From: Calditrichia bacterium
Lineage (GTDB): Bacteria > Calditrichota > Calditrichia > RBG-13-44-9 > J075
Assembly (NCBI GenBank): GCA_050633245.1
Contig: JBOEGD010000020.1
Coordinates: 269,712 to 333,711 of the forward strand
Direction: 5' to 3'
DNA length: 64,000 nucleotides
Shown: positions 10,292 through 19,662 of the stretch, piece after piece
How the letters are laid out: each line of letters begins with the position of its first letter
Position numbering within the stretch: the stretch's first letter is position 1
Position numbers and translations under genes: made by a program
Notes under the pieces: generated by a model
The model's database searches: none
Told to the model about the DNA's origin: nothing
What the model saw: only the letters and a program-made list of their open reading frames with translations

Positions 10292-10321
10292 AATATACGA
10301 ATTTACAGCTACTTTTGTCAA
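10292..10321 (-). promoter_or_regulatory. Candidate sigma-70 promoter for the 10242/9751 genes
   Basis: TTGACA-N18-TATATT on the minus strand. Confidence 0.5.
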
Positions 10322-10538
10322 GTAGCAGCAATTTTATACTGCTTTAACTAAAGCTATAATCGGTGGATTTACTGTGATGTATTACGGATTATCGAATCCG
10401 TTGTCGCGAAGAAACGTATCAGGTCTGTTGTAAAATGTTCACACCTGTGATGCTGCCACACGGAAGAAAGACCTATTATGTCTTTGTTGATTTTTAGTTT
10501 GTGTTGTTTTTATTGAGTTTATACCGTCTTCTCTTGTT

Positions 10539-10554
10539 TGGCATGATATCTGAA
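10539..10554 (+). promoter_or_regulatory. Candidate sigma-54 (-24/-12) promoter of the lipoprotein gene
   Basis: TGGCATG-ATAT-CTGAA versus consensus TGGCACG-N4-TTGCW; the -12 element is imperfect. Confidence 0.4.
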
Positions 10555-10612
10555 TTACTATTTGGCAATTGGGCAAGAGTAAAACAAAACTATATAGACG
10601 GAAGGAAACATC

Positions 10613-12061
10613 ATGAAACGCATCTCTCAAAAAATGGTCATGCTGGTATTGATTTTCGCAATGGCATTATTTAACGGTTGTGAGGATTCTCCGGTTGACA
10701 GTATGGAGCCAACACCGGATCCTACATTTAAATTGAGCGCCGGGGCCGAAAGTGGCGCCAAGGCAAGCTTTCAAATGGTTCGCACCATGCAAACGCAAAA
10801 TCAGCTTCTGGGAGCAGTAGAAGGAAATCCAATGGAGATTGATGATGTGCCGGAAGCAATGGTGACTATCATGGATATTCGTCATGAGGCCGAGAAGGTG
10901 CAACGTGTGTATGAATATGCACGTCAGTCGGGCAATTTCTCAAAGCTAAGCGGTGATTCTCTCATCTGGTCTGAAGTGTGGGACGATCCGGTTTCCGGAA
11001 CCGCCGGAAAACGCGAGTTCTATTATGATTCTGAAACCGAAATTGCTCGAGTGCTGGAAGTGATCACGCAGTTTCCGTCTACGCTTGATCTGGAATACGA
11101 TTCCACTACAATTCGTGCGTTCGTTGGTCCTGATTTGTCAGACGACTCGGATGATCGCGTTCTGAGTGTGTATGACTTAACGCTTTTCACCGCCGGTTTT
11201 TATATCGAGCGTGTGGAAGGAAATGTTAATGTAACCGGGTGGACCAGTGAAAACGAGATTGCAGCAGCAACGCTTGTGAATAGTGTCACCTATGGCCCGC
11301 AGAGTGATATTCAGAAATTATCGGTGGATGCCACCTGGAACGAAAACGAGACCGGCAGCTTAAGTGAGCGCGTCGATTATCGTGATGGTACATTTCTGAG
11401 TCGCTCCGTTACATTTGCCGAAAATTACGAAGGTAGCTTTAGTGAAACATGGCGAGATGGAACGACAGCTAACGGCACGTTCGACTTGCTTGAAGACGAT
11501 AACCATGCTTCCATTACGCGTAACATTGATTTTGCAACGAATCCGTATGTCACTCGTCTTGAACAGGCAGTAGACTACACGCTGGTTCCGGAAGATTCAT
11601 CCAGCAATGCAAACTTTGTTGAGCGCATTTTCTTCCCGAATGGTGAACTCGATACAACTAGTGTAGATGTAACGCGTCGCCCGATGGGAGATCATGTTAA
11701 TGAAGAATATGATATTCGCACGAGTAATGATGGTCTTACCCATCTTTGGGTAGACTATTATGAGACCTATACAAAAGTTCGCGGAGAGCATGATGCACCT
11801 GACGGCCACTTTGGCACCATCGATGCCATTGAATACAGTGACGGCAGTGGAGAATCTACGCTTAAAGTTTGGGTCTCTCGCGATTCTTACAATAACGGCG
11901 ACGATCCGCTGGTCGTAATCACTATTCGTTATCAGGGTGACGGAACCGGTAACGGAACGATTGCCGAGGGAGAAGACGTCTACGATATCTCCATGGATTC
12001 AAATGGCGAAATTGAAGTAGACAACCGGGCTGGTGAGTCAGTAACCATTAGCGGCTATTGA
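10613..12061 (+). CDS. Acidic, beta-rich hypothetical lipoprotein
   Basis: Signal peptide II with lipobox FNGC followed by EDSP; very D/E/T/S-rich 482 aa. Confidence 0.8.
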   Translation: MKRISQKMVMLVLIFAMALFNGCEDSPVDSMEPTPDPTFKLSAGAESGAKASFQMVRTMQTQNQLLGAVEGNPMEIDDVPEAMVTIMDIRHEAEKVQRVYEYARQSGNFSKLSGDSLIWSEVWDDPVSGTAGKREFYYDSETEIARVLEVITQFPSTLDLEYDSTTIRAFVGPDLSDDSDDRVLSVYDLTLFTAGFYIERVEGNVNVTGWTSENEIAAATLVNSVTYGPQSDIQKLSVDATWNENETGSLSERVDYRDGTFLSRSVTFAENYEGSFSETWRDGTTANGTFDLLEDDNHASITRNIDFATNPYVTRLEQAVDYTLVPEDSSSNANFVERIFFPNGELDTTSVDVTRRPMGDHVNEEYDIRTSNDGLTHLWVDYYETYTKVRGEHDAPDGHFGTIDAIEYSDGSGESTLKVWVSRDSYNNGDDPLVVITIRYQGDGTGNGTIAEGEDVYDISMDSNGEIEVDNRAGESVTISGY

Positions 12062-12086
12062 TAATTCTTGCCCACATATAGCCGAT

Positions 12087-12122
12087 ACGGTCGCCGCGGA
12101 CAGTGTTCGCGGCGCCGTGTTT
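12087..12122 (+). terminator. GC-rich hairpin after the lipoprotein (terminator or stabilising stem)
   Basis: ACGGtCGCCGCGGAC-agt-GTTCGCGGCGCCGT followed by gttt. Confidence 0.55.
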
Positions 12123-12220
12123 GTCTAAAATCAGTAGAAAATATCTGTGATCTGGTATTTGGTAAAATAAAGAGTTTCGTGTAGATTAGAGCATATCGTA
12201 CACCAGGGGATTAAATTAAA

Positions 12221-13549
12221 TTGCCGTACTTAAGATTGACATTTTTTATCAGAAGCCTTTTGTTAGGGATGATGATTCTGATGCCCGCGTTCGCTCAGGG
12301 AGACCGCTCCTTAACGGTGGAAGAGATTGTAATAGAGGGCAATAGCAAGACCAAGGCGTCTGTTATTGAAAACTATTTAGATCTCTCGCCAGGGCAGACG
12401 ATCACCAAAGAGCAGCTACGTCAGACCCAGCTTCGTTTGGAACAAACCAATTTCTTTAAAGATGTCGAGTTGTTCTTGAGTCCCGGGACGGCCCGTGGCA
12501 GCGCAAAGCTTACACTAAAGGTTCAGGAGCGCTGGGGACCATATTTCAGCTTTCGCAGCGGATACAATGAACTCGATGGCTGGTATGTGAGTCCGGTTGG
12601 TCTGTATTTTGACAATCTCTTTGGACGTGGAAATATTATCGGAACAGAGTTGCTGATCGGCGACCGAATCGCCGGTCTGGACATCAACTACGTTCGGCCA
12701 TTTTTCTTCGGATCGGAATACGACTTTACTGCTCAGATTTTTGCTTACGGCAGAGAATTCCTGCACTTCATTGATGGTGAGCGCTTCAAACACTCGGTCC
12801 CCACCGGCGGTTTGAAACTAAACCTAAGCGGTAATAGCGGGATTGCGCGGTTCTTTTCTGTCTCTTATATCGCTCAAAATGTTGATGCAGATAGCTTGTT
12901 TCGAGTAAAAGAAGGCGAAACTGAAGCGCGCCCGGTCACCGGAGCCTTGCTGGACGTTGCCGGTCTGAATGAAATTCGCCGATTTGTGCTTACTGCAAAA
13001 ATTGATACCCGTGACAAGCGAATCCACCCTTCCAATGGCTGGTGGGGAAGTATTTCCTACGATCAATCTGCCAAGCAGCTTAACAGCTTTGCCGATTTTT
13101 ATCGTTTTATAATCGATGTTCGTCGCTATCAGCCGCTTTACAAAAAGATGATTGCCGCGGCTCGCGTGCAGTATGGTAACGTGAGCGATGTCGCGCCGTT
13201 CTACGAAAAGTTTTATTTGGGCGGACCGAATTCACTGCGTGGTTATCGCGATCGCAGTCTGACACCCGAGGGCTATGCCTCAAATATGGCGCTGGCCAGC
13301 GGCGAAATTCGTTTCCCCCTATCCGGTCGGTTAAAAGACCCGGATCGTTTTACCGGTGTGCTCTTTTATGATGCCGGCTATGTTTGGAATGAACCGCAAA
13401 CATTTAAAGTCTCGCGGCTAAAGGCCGGTATTGGAGCGGGAGTTCGCATGGAGTTACCGATTATCGGACTCGTTCGAGTCGACCTCGCTTACCCGGTTCC
13501 GGATTATAGTGATTATCAAATTCATGTTTCCTTAGGCCATACGTTTTAG
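12221..13549 (+). CDS. Omp85 (BamA/TamA-family) outer-membrane protein with a single POTRA domain
   Basis: IVIEGNSKTK POTRA; FYLGGPNSLRGY loop-6 motif; C-terminal SLGHTF beta-signal. Confidence 0.9.
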   Translation: MPYLRLTFFIRSLLLGMMILMPAFAQGDRSLTVEEIVIEGNSKTKASVIENYLDLSPGQTITKEQLRQTQLRLEQTNFFKDVELFLSPGTARGSAKLTLKVQERWGPYFSFRSGYNELDGWYVSPVGLYFDNLFGRGNIIGTELLIGDRIAGLDINYVRPFFFGSEYDFTAQIFAYGREFLHFIDGERFKHSVPTGGLKLNLSGNSGIARFFSVSYIAQNVDADSLFRVKEGETEARPVTGALLDVAGLNEIRRFVLTAKIDTRDKRIHPSNGWWGSISYDQSAKQLNSFADFYRFIIDVRRYQPLYKKMIAAARVQYGNVSDVAPFYEKFYLGGPNSLRGYRDRSLTPEGYASNMALASGEIRFPLSGRLKDPDRFTGVLFYDAGYVWNEPQTFKVSRLKAGIGAGVRMELPIIGLVRVDLAYPVPDYSDYQIHVSLGHTF

Positions 13550-13587
13550 TTGAATCGCAGAAACTGCTATCAGACAGAAAGCTTTGC

Positions 13588-14241
13588 TTGAAGAATCGAT
13601 ACCGACATATCCTGTACGTTATGCTGCTGTTTGGGTGGACGCACTTGTTCGCGCAACAGGACTTAACGATGGAAAATATTCAGCCGTTTCGCGATGGTGA
13701 TACGCTGAAATGCAGTTTTGCCAGCCCCGATTTGTTCGAAGGGCGTGTTGGCAAAGCACTGCTTTCGGGGTTGCCGGTATTAGTGGAGTTGCATTCTCAG
13801 GTATTGCAGAAGGAAACCAAGCCTGCGCGTGTCGAAAGCTATCGCTTGTCTTATGACATTTGGGAAGATGAGTTTTTGCTCGAATCGCGTAAAACATCGC
13901 GTACATTTTCTTCGTTAAGCGAGCTACGCAATTCGTGGAACCCGCGCCCGGATTTGAAATTGACGCGTGTCGAAAATCTGGATAAAGGGCAATTGGCCAT
14001 TAAGCTGCGAATGCGTGTCGTATTGTTGAGTCGTTCACAAAGTGAACGGCTACGCGAATGGATTCTGAATCCTTCTGAAGTAGAAGACAATGCGCCATCG
14101 TATCAACGCGATACCGGGTTTACGTTGAATCTAAATCGACTGGTCTCTTTTTTCCTCAATAAAGATGATATCTCCGAAACGTTCGAAGTTACCTCCCAAT
14201 CTCAGCAGTTTCAGATTACGGAACTCAAAAAAGAAGAGTAG
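13588..14241 (+). CDS. Periplasmic DUF4390-like protein
   Basis: Signal peptide; LLSGLP...YRLSYDIWEDEF pattern; position upstream of an NtrY-like kinase. Confidence 0.65.
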   Translation: MKNRYRHILYVMLLFGWTHLFAQQDLTMENIQPFRDGDTLKCSFASPDLFEGRVGKALLSGLPVLVELHSQVLQKETKPARVESYRLSYDIWEDEFLLESRKTSRTFSSLSELRNSWNPRPDLKLTRVENLDKGQLAIKLRMRVVLLSRSQSERLREWILNPSEVEDNAPSYQRDTGFTLNLNRLVSFFLNKDDISETFEVTSQSQQFQITELKKEE

Positions 14242-14262
14242 CCTGCACGTACTCCTAAGCCT

Positions 14263-15798
14263 ATGAAAACCATTCGCAGTAAGATTATTCTGATCACTCT
14301 TGCGATCGCGCTGTTACCGCTGATTCCGATCGGCTGGCTAGCGAATACCCTGATGCAGCAAAGCTATGAGATAGGCGTTAATCCACAAGTTGAAGAAGCT
14401 CTCAGGCAGGGCGTCGACTATTCCAAGCAGCTTTATCAAGTGAAAAAAAAAGCGCTGTCAGACTATCTGAATGATCTCTCTGATGCAGAGCTCAAAAATA
14501 TCCTTGCCCAGCCGCAGCCTGAAAAAATCGATGTCTTATTCAAAACAAACGACAACTTTTGGAAACTTCGATCACTGCAAATTTTTTCGCCGGATGGAGA
14601 GCTACTTTGGCCAACTGGCATTGCAGCAGATAGTAGTTGGTTTCCTGGTAAGGCTCGACTGAGTGAAACAACGGATGCGACAGAAGGCCGAATGATTTTT
14701 GCCAATCGAAAAGCAAATCGCTTTTTTGCGGTGGAAAGACGCGAAGTATCAAGCTATTCTGAACCGCTGTTTCTTTGTCTTACCGCTCAGCTCGATCCTG
14801 AATATCTCGCTTCAACAGAACAGGCCCTGAAAGTTTATCAGCTTTATCAAACACTGGATATTACTTCTCTTTCGGTTCCGCAACAGCTTCTGTTCATCTT
14901 TTTGCTCTTAACGCTTTTTGTTGCGCTGTTGGCAATTGCGGTAGCAATTTGGCTGTCGCGTCGAATTACCCGTCCGCTTGGAGAGCTCGTGCGCGGTACC
15001 AGAGAGATCGGGAGCGGTAATCTGGATTATCGTCTTCGGCGGCAAAGCAAAGACGAGATAGGCGACCTGGTAGTTCATTTCAACAGCATGGCGGAAGAGC
15101 TAAAAACTTCGCAGGAACGCACCATCTATTTGGAGCGAATGGCAGCCTGGCAGGAAATTGCTCGTCGCATGGCGCATGAGATCAAAAATCCGCTGACGCC
15201 GATTCAATTAACCATGCAGGAGATGGTCGATCAATATCCCGGGAAAGATTTGGAATACAGCAGTCTGTTGAAAGAATGTCGCGAAATTATTAATGAAGAA
15301 ATAGAGAGTTTGCGTAGACTCGTTAACGAATTTTCCAGCTTTGGGCGATTACCGGAACTGGTAAAAGAACCGACTGATGTGAACGCGCTGGTTAGCGAGA
15401 TTACGGCAATGTATTCGCACCTGAGTTTAGATTTGCAGCTTCAGCAAGACTTACCAGCTATTGCATTGGATAGCGACCGGATGCGTCGTGTGATTATTAA
15501 TCTAATCGAAAATGCAGCGCAGGCGATACCGAATGACGGCAAGATCACAATTATTACCGATAAAAATCAGCATTTTATACGTGTTGATGTAAAAGATAAT
15601 GGGACGGGAATTCCGGCAGACGTTGTTTCAGAGGTGTTTACACCTTATTTTTCAACCAAAAGCAGTGGAATGGGATTGGGACTGGCAATTACCCGAAAGA
15701 TCATTGAGGAACATAGCGGTAGTATAACCGTAAATTCAGTAGTTGGGGAAGGAACGGTTTTCACTATTTTGCTCCCATTGAAAGAAACAGAAGAATAG
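14263..15798 (+). CDS. NtrY-like HAMP sensor histidine kinase
   Basis: Two TMs, HAMP, AAWQEIARRMAHEIKNPLTPIQL H-box, N/G1/F/G2 boxes. Confidence 0.95.
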   Translation: MKTIRSKIILITLAIALLPLIPIGWLANTLMQQSYEIGVNPQVEEALRQGVDYSKQLYQVKKKALSDYLNDLSDAELKNILAQPQPEKIDVLFKTNDNFWKLRSLQIFSPDGELLWPTGIAADSSWFPGKARLSETTDATEGRMIFANRKANRFFAVERREVSSYSEPLFLCLTAQLDPEYLASTEQALKVYQLYQTLDITSLSVPQQLLFIFLLLTLFVALLAIAVAIWLSRRITRPLGELVRGTREIGSGNLDYRLRRQSKDEIGDLVVHFNSMAEELKTSQERTIYLERMAAWQEIARRMAHEIKNPLTPIQLTMQEMVDQYPGKDLEYSSLLKECREIINEEIESLRRLVNEFSSFGRLPELVKEPTDVNALVSEITAMYSHLSLDLQLQQDLPAIALDSDRMRRVIINLIENAAQAIPNDGKITIITDKNQHFIRVDVKDNGTGIPADVVSEVFTPYFSTKSSGMGLGLAITRKIIEEHSGSITVNSVVGEGTVFTILLPLKETEE

Positions 15799-15845
15799 AT
15801 TCCACACGACGCGGTGGATATTTTGTATAACGGAGGTTCGTTTAG

Positions 15846-16679
15846 TTGGCTATATCGTCACGAAAAAAGTTTGCAATTTCATTAATCGGCGCCGCCGCAG
15901 GCAGCGTCGTTTTTAGTCGTTTGTTCGAAACGCAGTGGTTGGAGGTAAACCAGGAGCAGATTAGCCTGGGACTGGAAAAGCCGCTTCGCCTTTTGCATCT
16001 GTCCGATTTACACGCATCGGAACTAGTGCCCTATGATTATCTGGAAGAGGCAATTGAACTTGGGCTTGGCTATCACCCGGATATTATTTGTATCACCGGT
16101 GATTTTATTACCAATCGCATTCCGGCTAAGAAAACATATAAGCGTTTGCTGCAAAAACTGTCTGCCGCCGCTCCGAGCTATGGTTCATTTGGAAATCACG
16201 ATGGCGGTAGTTGGATTATCCGCAAAGGTGGCTATAAAACATTGGATCCTGTAAGCGACTTGCTTGGTGAGAGTGACATTGTTCCGCTGCGAAATGAAAG
16301 TATGTATGTAACGATTAAGCAGCAGAAACTGCGGTTGGTTGGTTTGGGTGACTTGTGGGCCGCGGATTTATTGCCGGAAACGGATTTGTTTAATACGCCC
16401 GAAGAAGCAACGCCTACCATTGTGTTGTCACATAATCCGGATACCAAAGATCACCTGAAAAAATATCCCTGGCAATTATTGCTGGCCGGGCATACGCATG
16501 GTGGTCAATTTCGCTTACCGGGAATTGGTGCGCCGATTGCCCCGGTGCGAGATATGCGCTATGTGGAAGGACTTCATGAATGGGATAACCGCTGGCTGCA
16601 CGTTAGCCGTGGAATTGGCAATGTCTATGGATTTCGCATAAACTGCAGGCCACAGGTCAGCATTCTGGATTTGGTATAG
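15846..16679 (+). CDS. Calcineurin-like metallophosphoesterase (YaeI/YkuE family)
   Basis: SDLH, TGDF, GNHD, SHNP, GHTHGGQ, SRGIG. Confidence 0.9.
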   Translation: MAISSRKKFAISLIGAAAGSVVFSRLFETQWLEVNQEQISLGLEKPLRLLHLSDLHASELVPYDYLEEAIELGLGYHPDIICITGDFITNRIPAKKTYKRLLQKLSAAAPSYGSFGNHDGGSWIIRKGGYKTLDPVSDLLGESDIVPLRNESMYVTIKQQKLRLVGLGDLWAADLLPETDLFNTPEEATPTIVLSHNPDTKDHLKKYPWQLLLAGHTHGGQFRLPGIGAPIAPVRDMRYVEGLHEWDNRWLHVSRGIGNVYGFRINCRPQVSILDLV

Positions 16680-16682
16680 CTT

Positions 16683-18032
16683 ATGCCTTTTTCTGTTCAT
16701 ATTGTCGATGACGAAAAAAATATTCGACGGTCGCTCGAACTCATCTTACGCCCCAAGAGATATCGTGTGAAAACCTTCGAGAGCGGTACCAGCTTTCTCG
16801 AAAATCTTCCTAATGAGCAACCCGACGCCGTACTGCTCGATGTCAATCTGGGAGATATGGATGGCATTGACGTTTTGCGCAAGTTGAAGGAGCTTTCCCC
16901 TCATACTGAAGTAGTAATGATTTCCGGCCACGCTACGTTATCGACAGCTGTTGAAGCGACGCATGCCGGTGCCTACGATTTTCTGGAAAAACCACTTCAA
17001 AAAGAAAAAATTCTCATTACGCTTCGCCATATCAAAGACCGTCATTCATTGCAAACAAAAGTTCATTCGCTTCAAACATCGGTTGATGATGGCTATCAGA
17101 TTATTGGTGAGTCGGCTGGTATCAGGCAAATCCAAACCTATATCGAAAAGGTGGCACCTACAGACAGTAAGGTGCTGATAACCGGTGAGAGCGGTGTCGG
17201 CAAGGAGCTGGTTGCATACGCGGTTCATAAGCTTAGCAATTGTGCCGACGGACCTTTTGTAAAGATGAACTGTGCGGCTATTCCGGAAGACCTGATCGAG
17301 AGCGAATTGTTTGGCAATGAGAAAGGCGCATTTACCGGCGCAACCGAACGACGCGAAGGAAAGTTTCAGCAGGCCGATGGAGGCTCGCTCTTTCTTGACG
17401 AAGTTGGTGATATGAGCCTGCGCGTGCAGACGAAAGTGCTGCGTGTTCTGCAGGATGGCGAATTTCAACGGGTTGGCGGTAAAGATACCTTAAAGGCCGA
17501 AGTTCGGGTTATTGCCGCTACCAATCGCGATCTTGAAGAGATGGTAAAGGAAGGCACGTTTCGCGAGGATCTTTATTTTCGTTTGAATGTGCTACCAATT
17601 GAAGTCCCCCCACTTCGTGAGCGCGCTGATGATGTGCCCCTTTTGATTGCGCACTTTGTGCAACGCTACTGTCGTAAAAACAATCGGCGTGAGATGCGGG
17701 TCGAAGCTGCACTGGAAAAAGCCCTTCAGGCCTATCAGTGGCCGGGCAATATTCGTGAGCTGCAAAACTTGGTAGAGCGCCTGATTATTCTCGCCGATGG
17801 AGAAGAAATTAAAAAGGCGGATCTACCTGCCTCATATTTAAGTAATATAAATCCTACGGTTTCCTTTTCACCCGGCAGCCGCACATTGGCGGAGGTTCGG
17901 GAGGAAGCAGAGCGGACATATATTCTGGCATGCTTGGAAAGTTCTGATGGTAATGTGAGTCAGGCAGCCCGCATGCTGGGCATGGAACGGACGAATCTGC
18001 ATAAAAAAATGAAATCTTTGGGTATTCGTTAA
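16683..18032 (+). CDS. Sigma-54-dependent response regulator (NtrX/NtrC family)
   Basis: REC domain (VDDE, LLDV, ISGH, KP), GESGVGKE, GAFTGA, FLDEVGD, Fis-type HTH. Confidence 0.95.
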   Translation: MPFSVHIVDDEKNIRRSLELILRPKRYRVKTFESGTSFLENLPNEQPDAVLLDVNLGDMDGIDVLRKLKELSPHTEVVMISGHATLSTAVEATHAGAYDFLEKPLQKEKILITLRHIKDRHSLQTKVHSLQTSVDDGYQIIGESAGIRQIQTYIEKVAPTDSKVLITGESGVGKELVAYAVHKLSNCADGPFVKMNCAAIPEDLIESELFGNEKGAFTGATERREGKFQQADGGSLFLDEVGDMSLRVQTKVLRVLQDGEFQRVGGKDTLKAEVRVIAATNRDLEEMVKEGTFREDLYFRLNVLPIEVPPLRERADDVPLLIAHFVQRYCRKNNRREMRVEAALEKALQAYQWPGNIRELQNLVERLIILADGEEIKKADLPASYLSNINPTVSFSPGSRTLAEVREEAERTYILACLESSDGNVSQAARMLGMERTNLHKKMKSLGIR

Positions 18033-18208
18033 AAGTCGTATTAAATTTTTATCTGGACTTTGCGTGTTCAAAAAGGTCGGTACTCTTGCCGATACTAGGG
18101 TGTGAGCGGAGTATTAATCGCTTCTTTATTCCGGAACGTAATCAATCGTACGGAATGAAAGACGGTTGTGAAATAATTTACGAAGTTCCAACCTTAGAAA
18201 GGTACGTT

Positions 18209-19561
18209 ATGAGACCCCTTTTATTCCCCGTTTTGATTTTCTGTTTAGTTTTAGGAATGTTCTCAACAATTGGTTTTTCTCAAGGCAGTGCAAATGTAAC
18301 GCTGCTAAAACAACTTGATGCGTATCAGGGCTACAATGATTGCTGGGGATATACGGCTCCCGATGGTCGTGAGTATGCTCTGCTCGGCGTTCGCAATGGA
18401 ACCAGCATTGTCGATATAACCGATGGTCCTAATTCTGTAGAAGTGGCATTTATCCCGTCAGCAACTTCGACCTGGAAAGACATCAAGACCTACCAGAATT
18501 ACGCTTACACCGTTACGGAATCAAGTACCGATTTGCAGGTAATTGATCTGTCGAATCTACCGACTAGCGCCACTCTGGCAAATACTTACTCTACCGGATT
18601 TAGCACGAATCCGCATAACATCTACATTGATGAAGAAGCCGGGATTCTTTATGGTGCTGAGGACTTCAACTTTGGTCAGTCTATCCGGATGTTTAGTCTT
18701 GCCGATCCGGTAAACCCCGCGCCACTGCATTCTTTTGGGAGTGACTGTCACGATATGTTCGCTCAGGATGGTGTGCTGTATGTTGCTGAAGGAGTCGATG
18801 GAAGCATCGGAATCTTTGATGTAAGCAATACTGCTGTTGTTCCACCGCTGATTAGCCGTATCCCGATTCCTTCTCCCGGTTATGTTCACAATGTCTGGGT
18901 TACAGAGGATAATAATTATATGATGACCACTGAAGAAACCAGTGGTAAGACGGTTAAAATGTGGGATATAAGCGATCCTCTTAACGTTGCACTGGTGGAT
19001 GACTACCTTGGGCCAAATGGTTTGGCACATAATGCACATATTAAAGGTGATTATAGTTATCTCTCACACTATGGTTCGGGGTTGCGAATCGTTAATATTG
19101 CCGATCCTACGAATATTTTTGAAGAAGAATTCTATCAAACTTCCGATGCCTGGGGAGCCTGGCCGTTTTTCGATTCCGGTAAGGTGCTTATCTCTGATAT
19201 TAGCGGTGGCCTTTACGTCACCTTTTATCCCGGCGCTGTAGTTACGCCAACTGGAATTGGTGATGACGATGAAGTCTTGCCTTCCGAGTTTACGGTAAGC
19301 AGTAACTATCCGAATCCATTTAATCCCAGTACTACTATCGATTATTCGCTTGGTACGAACTCCCCCGTATCACTGGAAATTTACAATATTTCAGGTCAGA
19401 AAGTAAAAACGTTAGTAAGTGGTAATCAGGCTGCCGGTTCCTATAAAGCGGTTTGGGATGGAACGGACTTTAGCGGAGAATCCGTTGCGAGCGGAGCTTA
19501 CATATATCGATTTACAGCAAACGATTTTCAAAAGACACAAAAAATGATGTTTATCAAATAA
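18209..19561 (+). CDS. Choice-of-anchor B (LVIVD-repeat) secreted protein with C-terminal FlgD-Ig/T9SS-like domain, paralogue 1
   Basis: DCWGYTAPDGREYALLG, repeated H[ND] motifs, GAWP, NYPNPFNP; start ATG 18209 after AAAGG. Confidence 0.85.
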   Translation: MRPLLFPVLIFCLVLGMFSTIGFSQGSANVTLLKQLDAYQGYNDCWGYTAPDGREYALLGVRNGTSIVDITDGPNSVEVAFIPSATSTWKDIKTYQNYAYTVTESSTDLQVIDLSNLPTSATLANTYSTGFSTNPHNIYIDEEAGILYGAEDFNFGQSIRMFSLADPVNPAPLHSFGSDCHDMFAQDGVLYVAEGVDGSIGIFDVSNTAVVPPLISRIPIPSPGYVHNVWVTEDNNYMMTTEETSGKTVKMWDISDPLNVALVDDYLGPNGLAHNAHIKGDYSYLSHYGSGLRIVNIADPTNIFEEEFYQTSDAWGAWPFFDSGKVLISDISGGLYVTFYPGAVVTPTGIGDDDEVLPSEFTVSSNYPNPFNPSTTIDYSLGTNSPVSLEIYNISGQKVKTLVSGNQAAGSYKAVWDGTDFSGESVASGAYIYRFTANDFQKTQKMMFIK

Positions 19562-19571
19562 GCAATGCCTC

Positions 19572-19600
19572 AAGCGCCTCTATTTCAGAGGCGCTTTTTT
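19572..19600 (+). terminator. Rho-independent terminator
   Basis: AAGCGCCTCT-atttc-AGAGGCGCTT plus T run. Confidence 0.85.
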
Positions 19601-19662
19601 ATTGAACGAGACACAAACTTAAATTCATTTATCTTTTTAACCGTTTTCAGAGAGGAGTCTGA

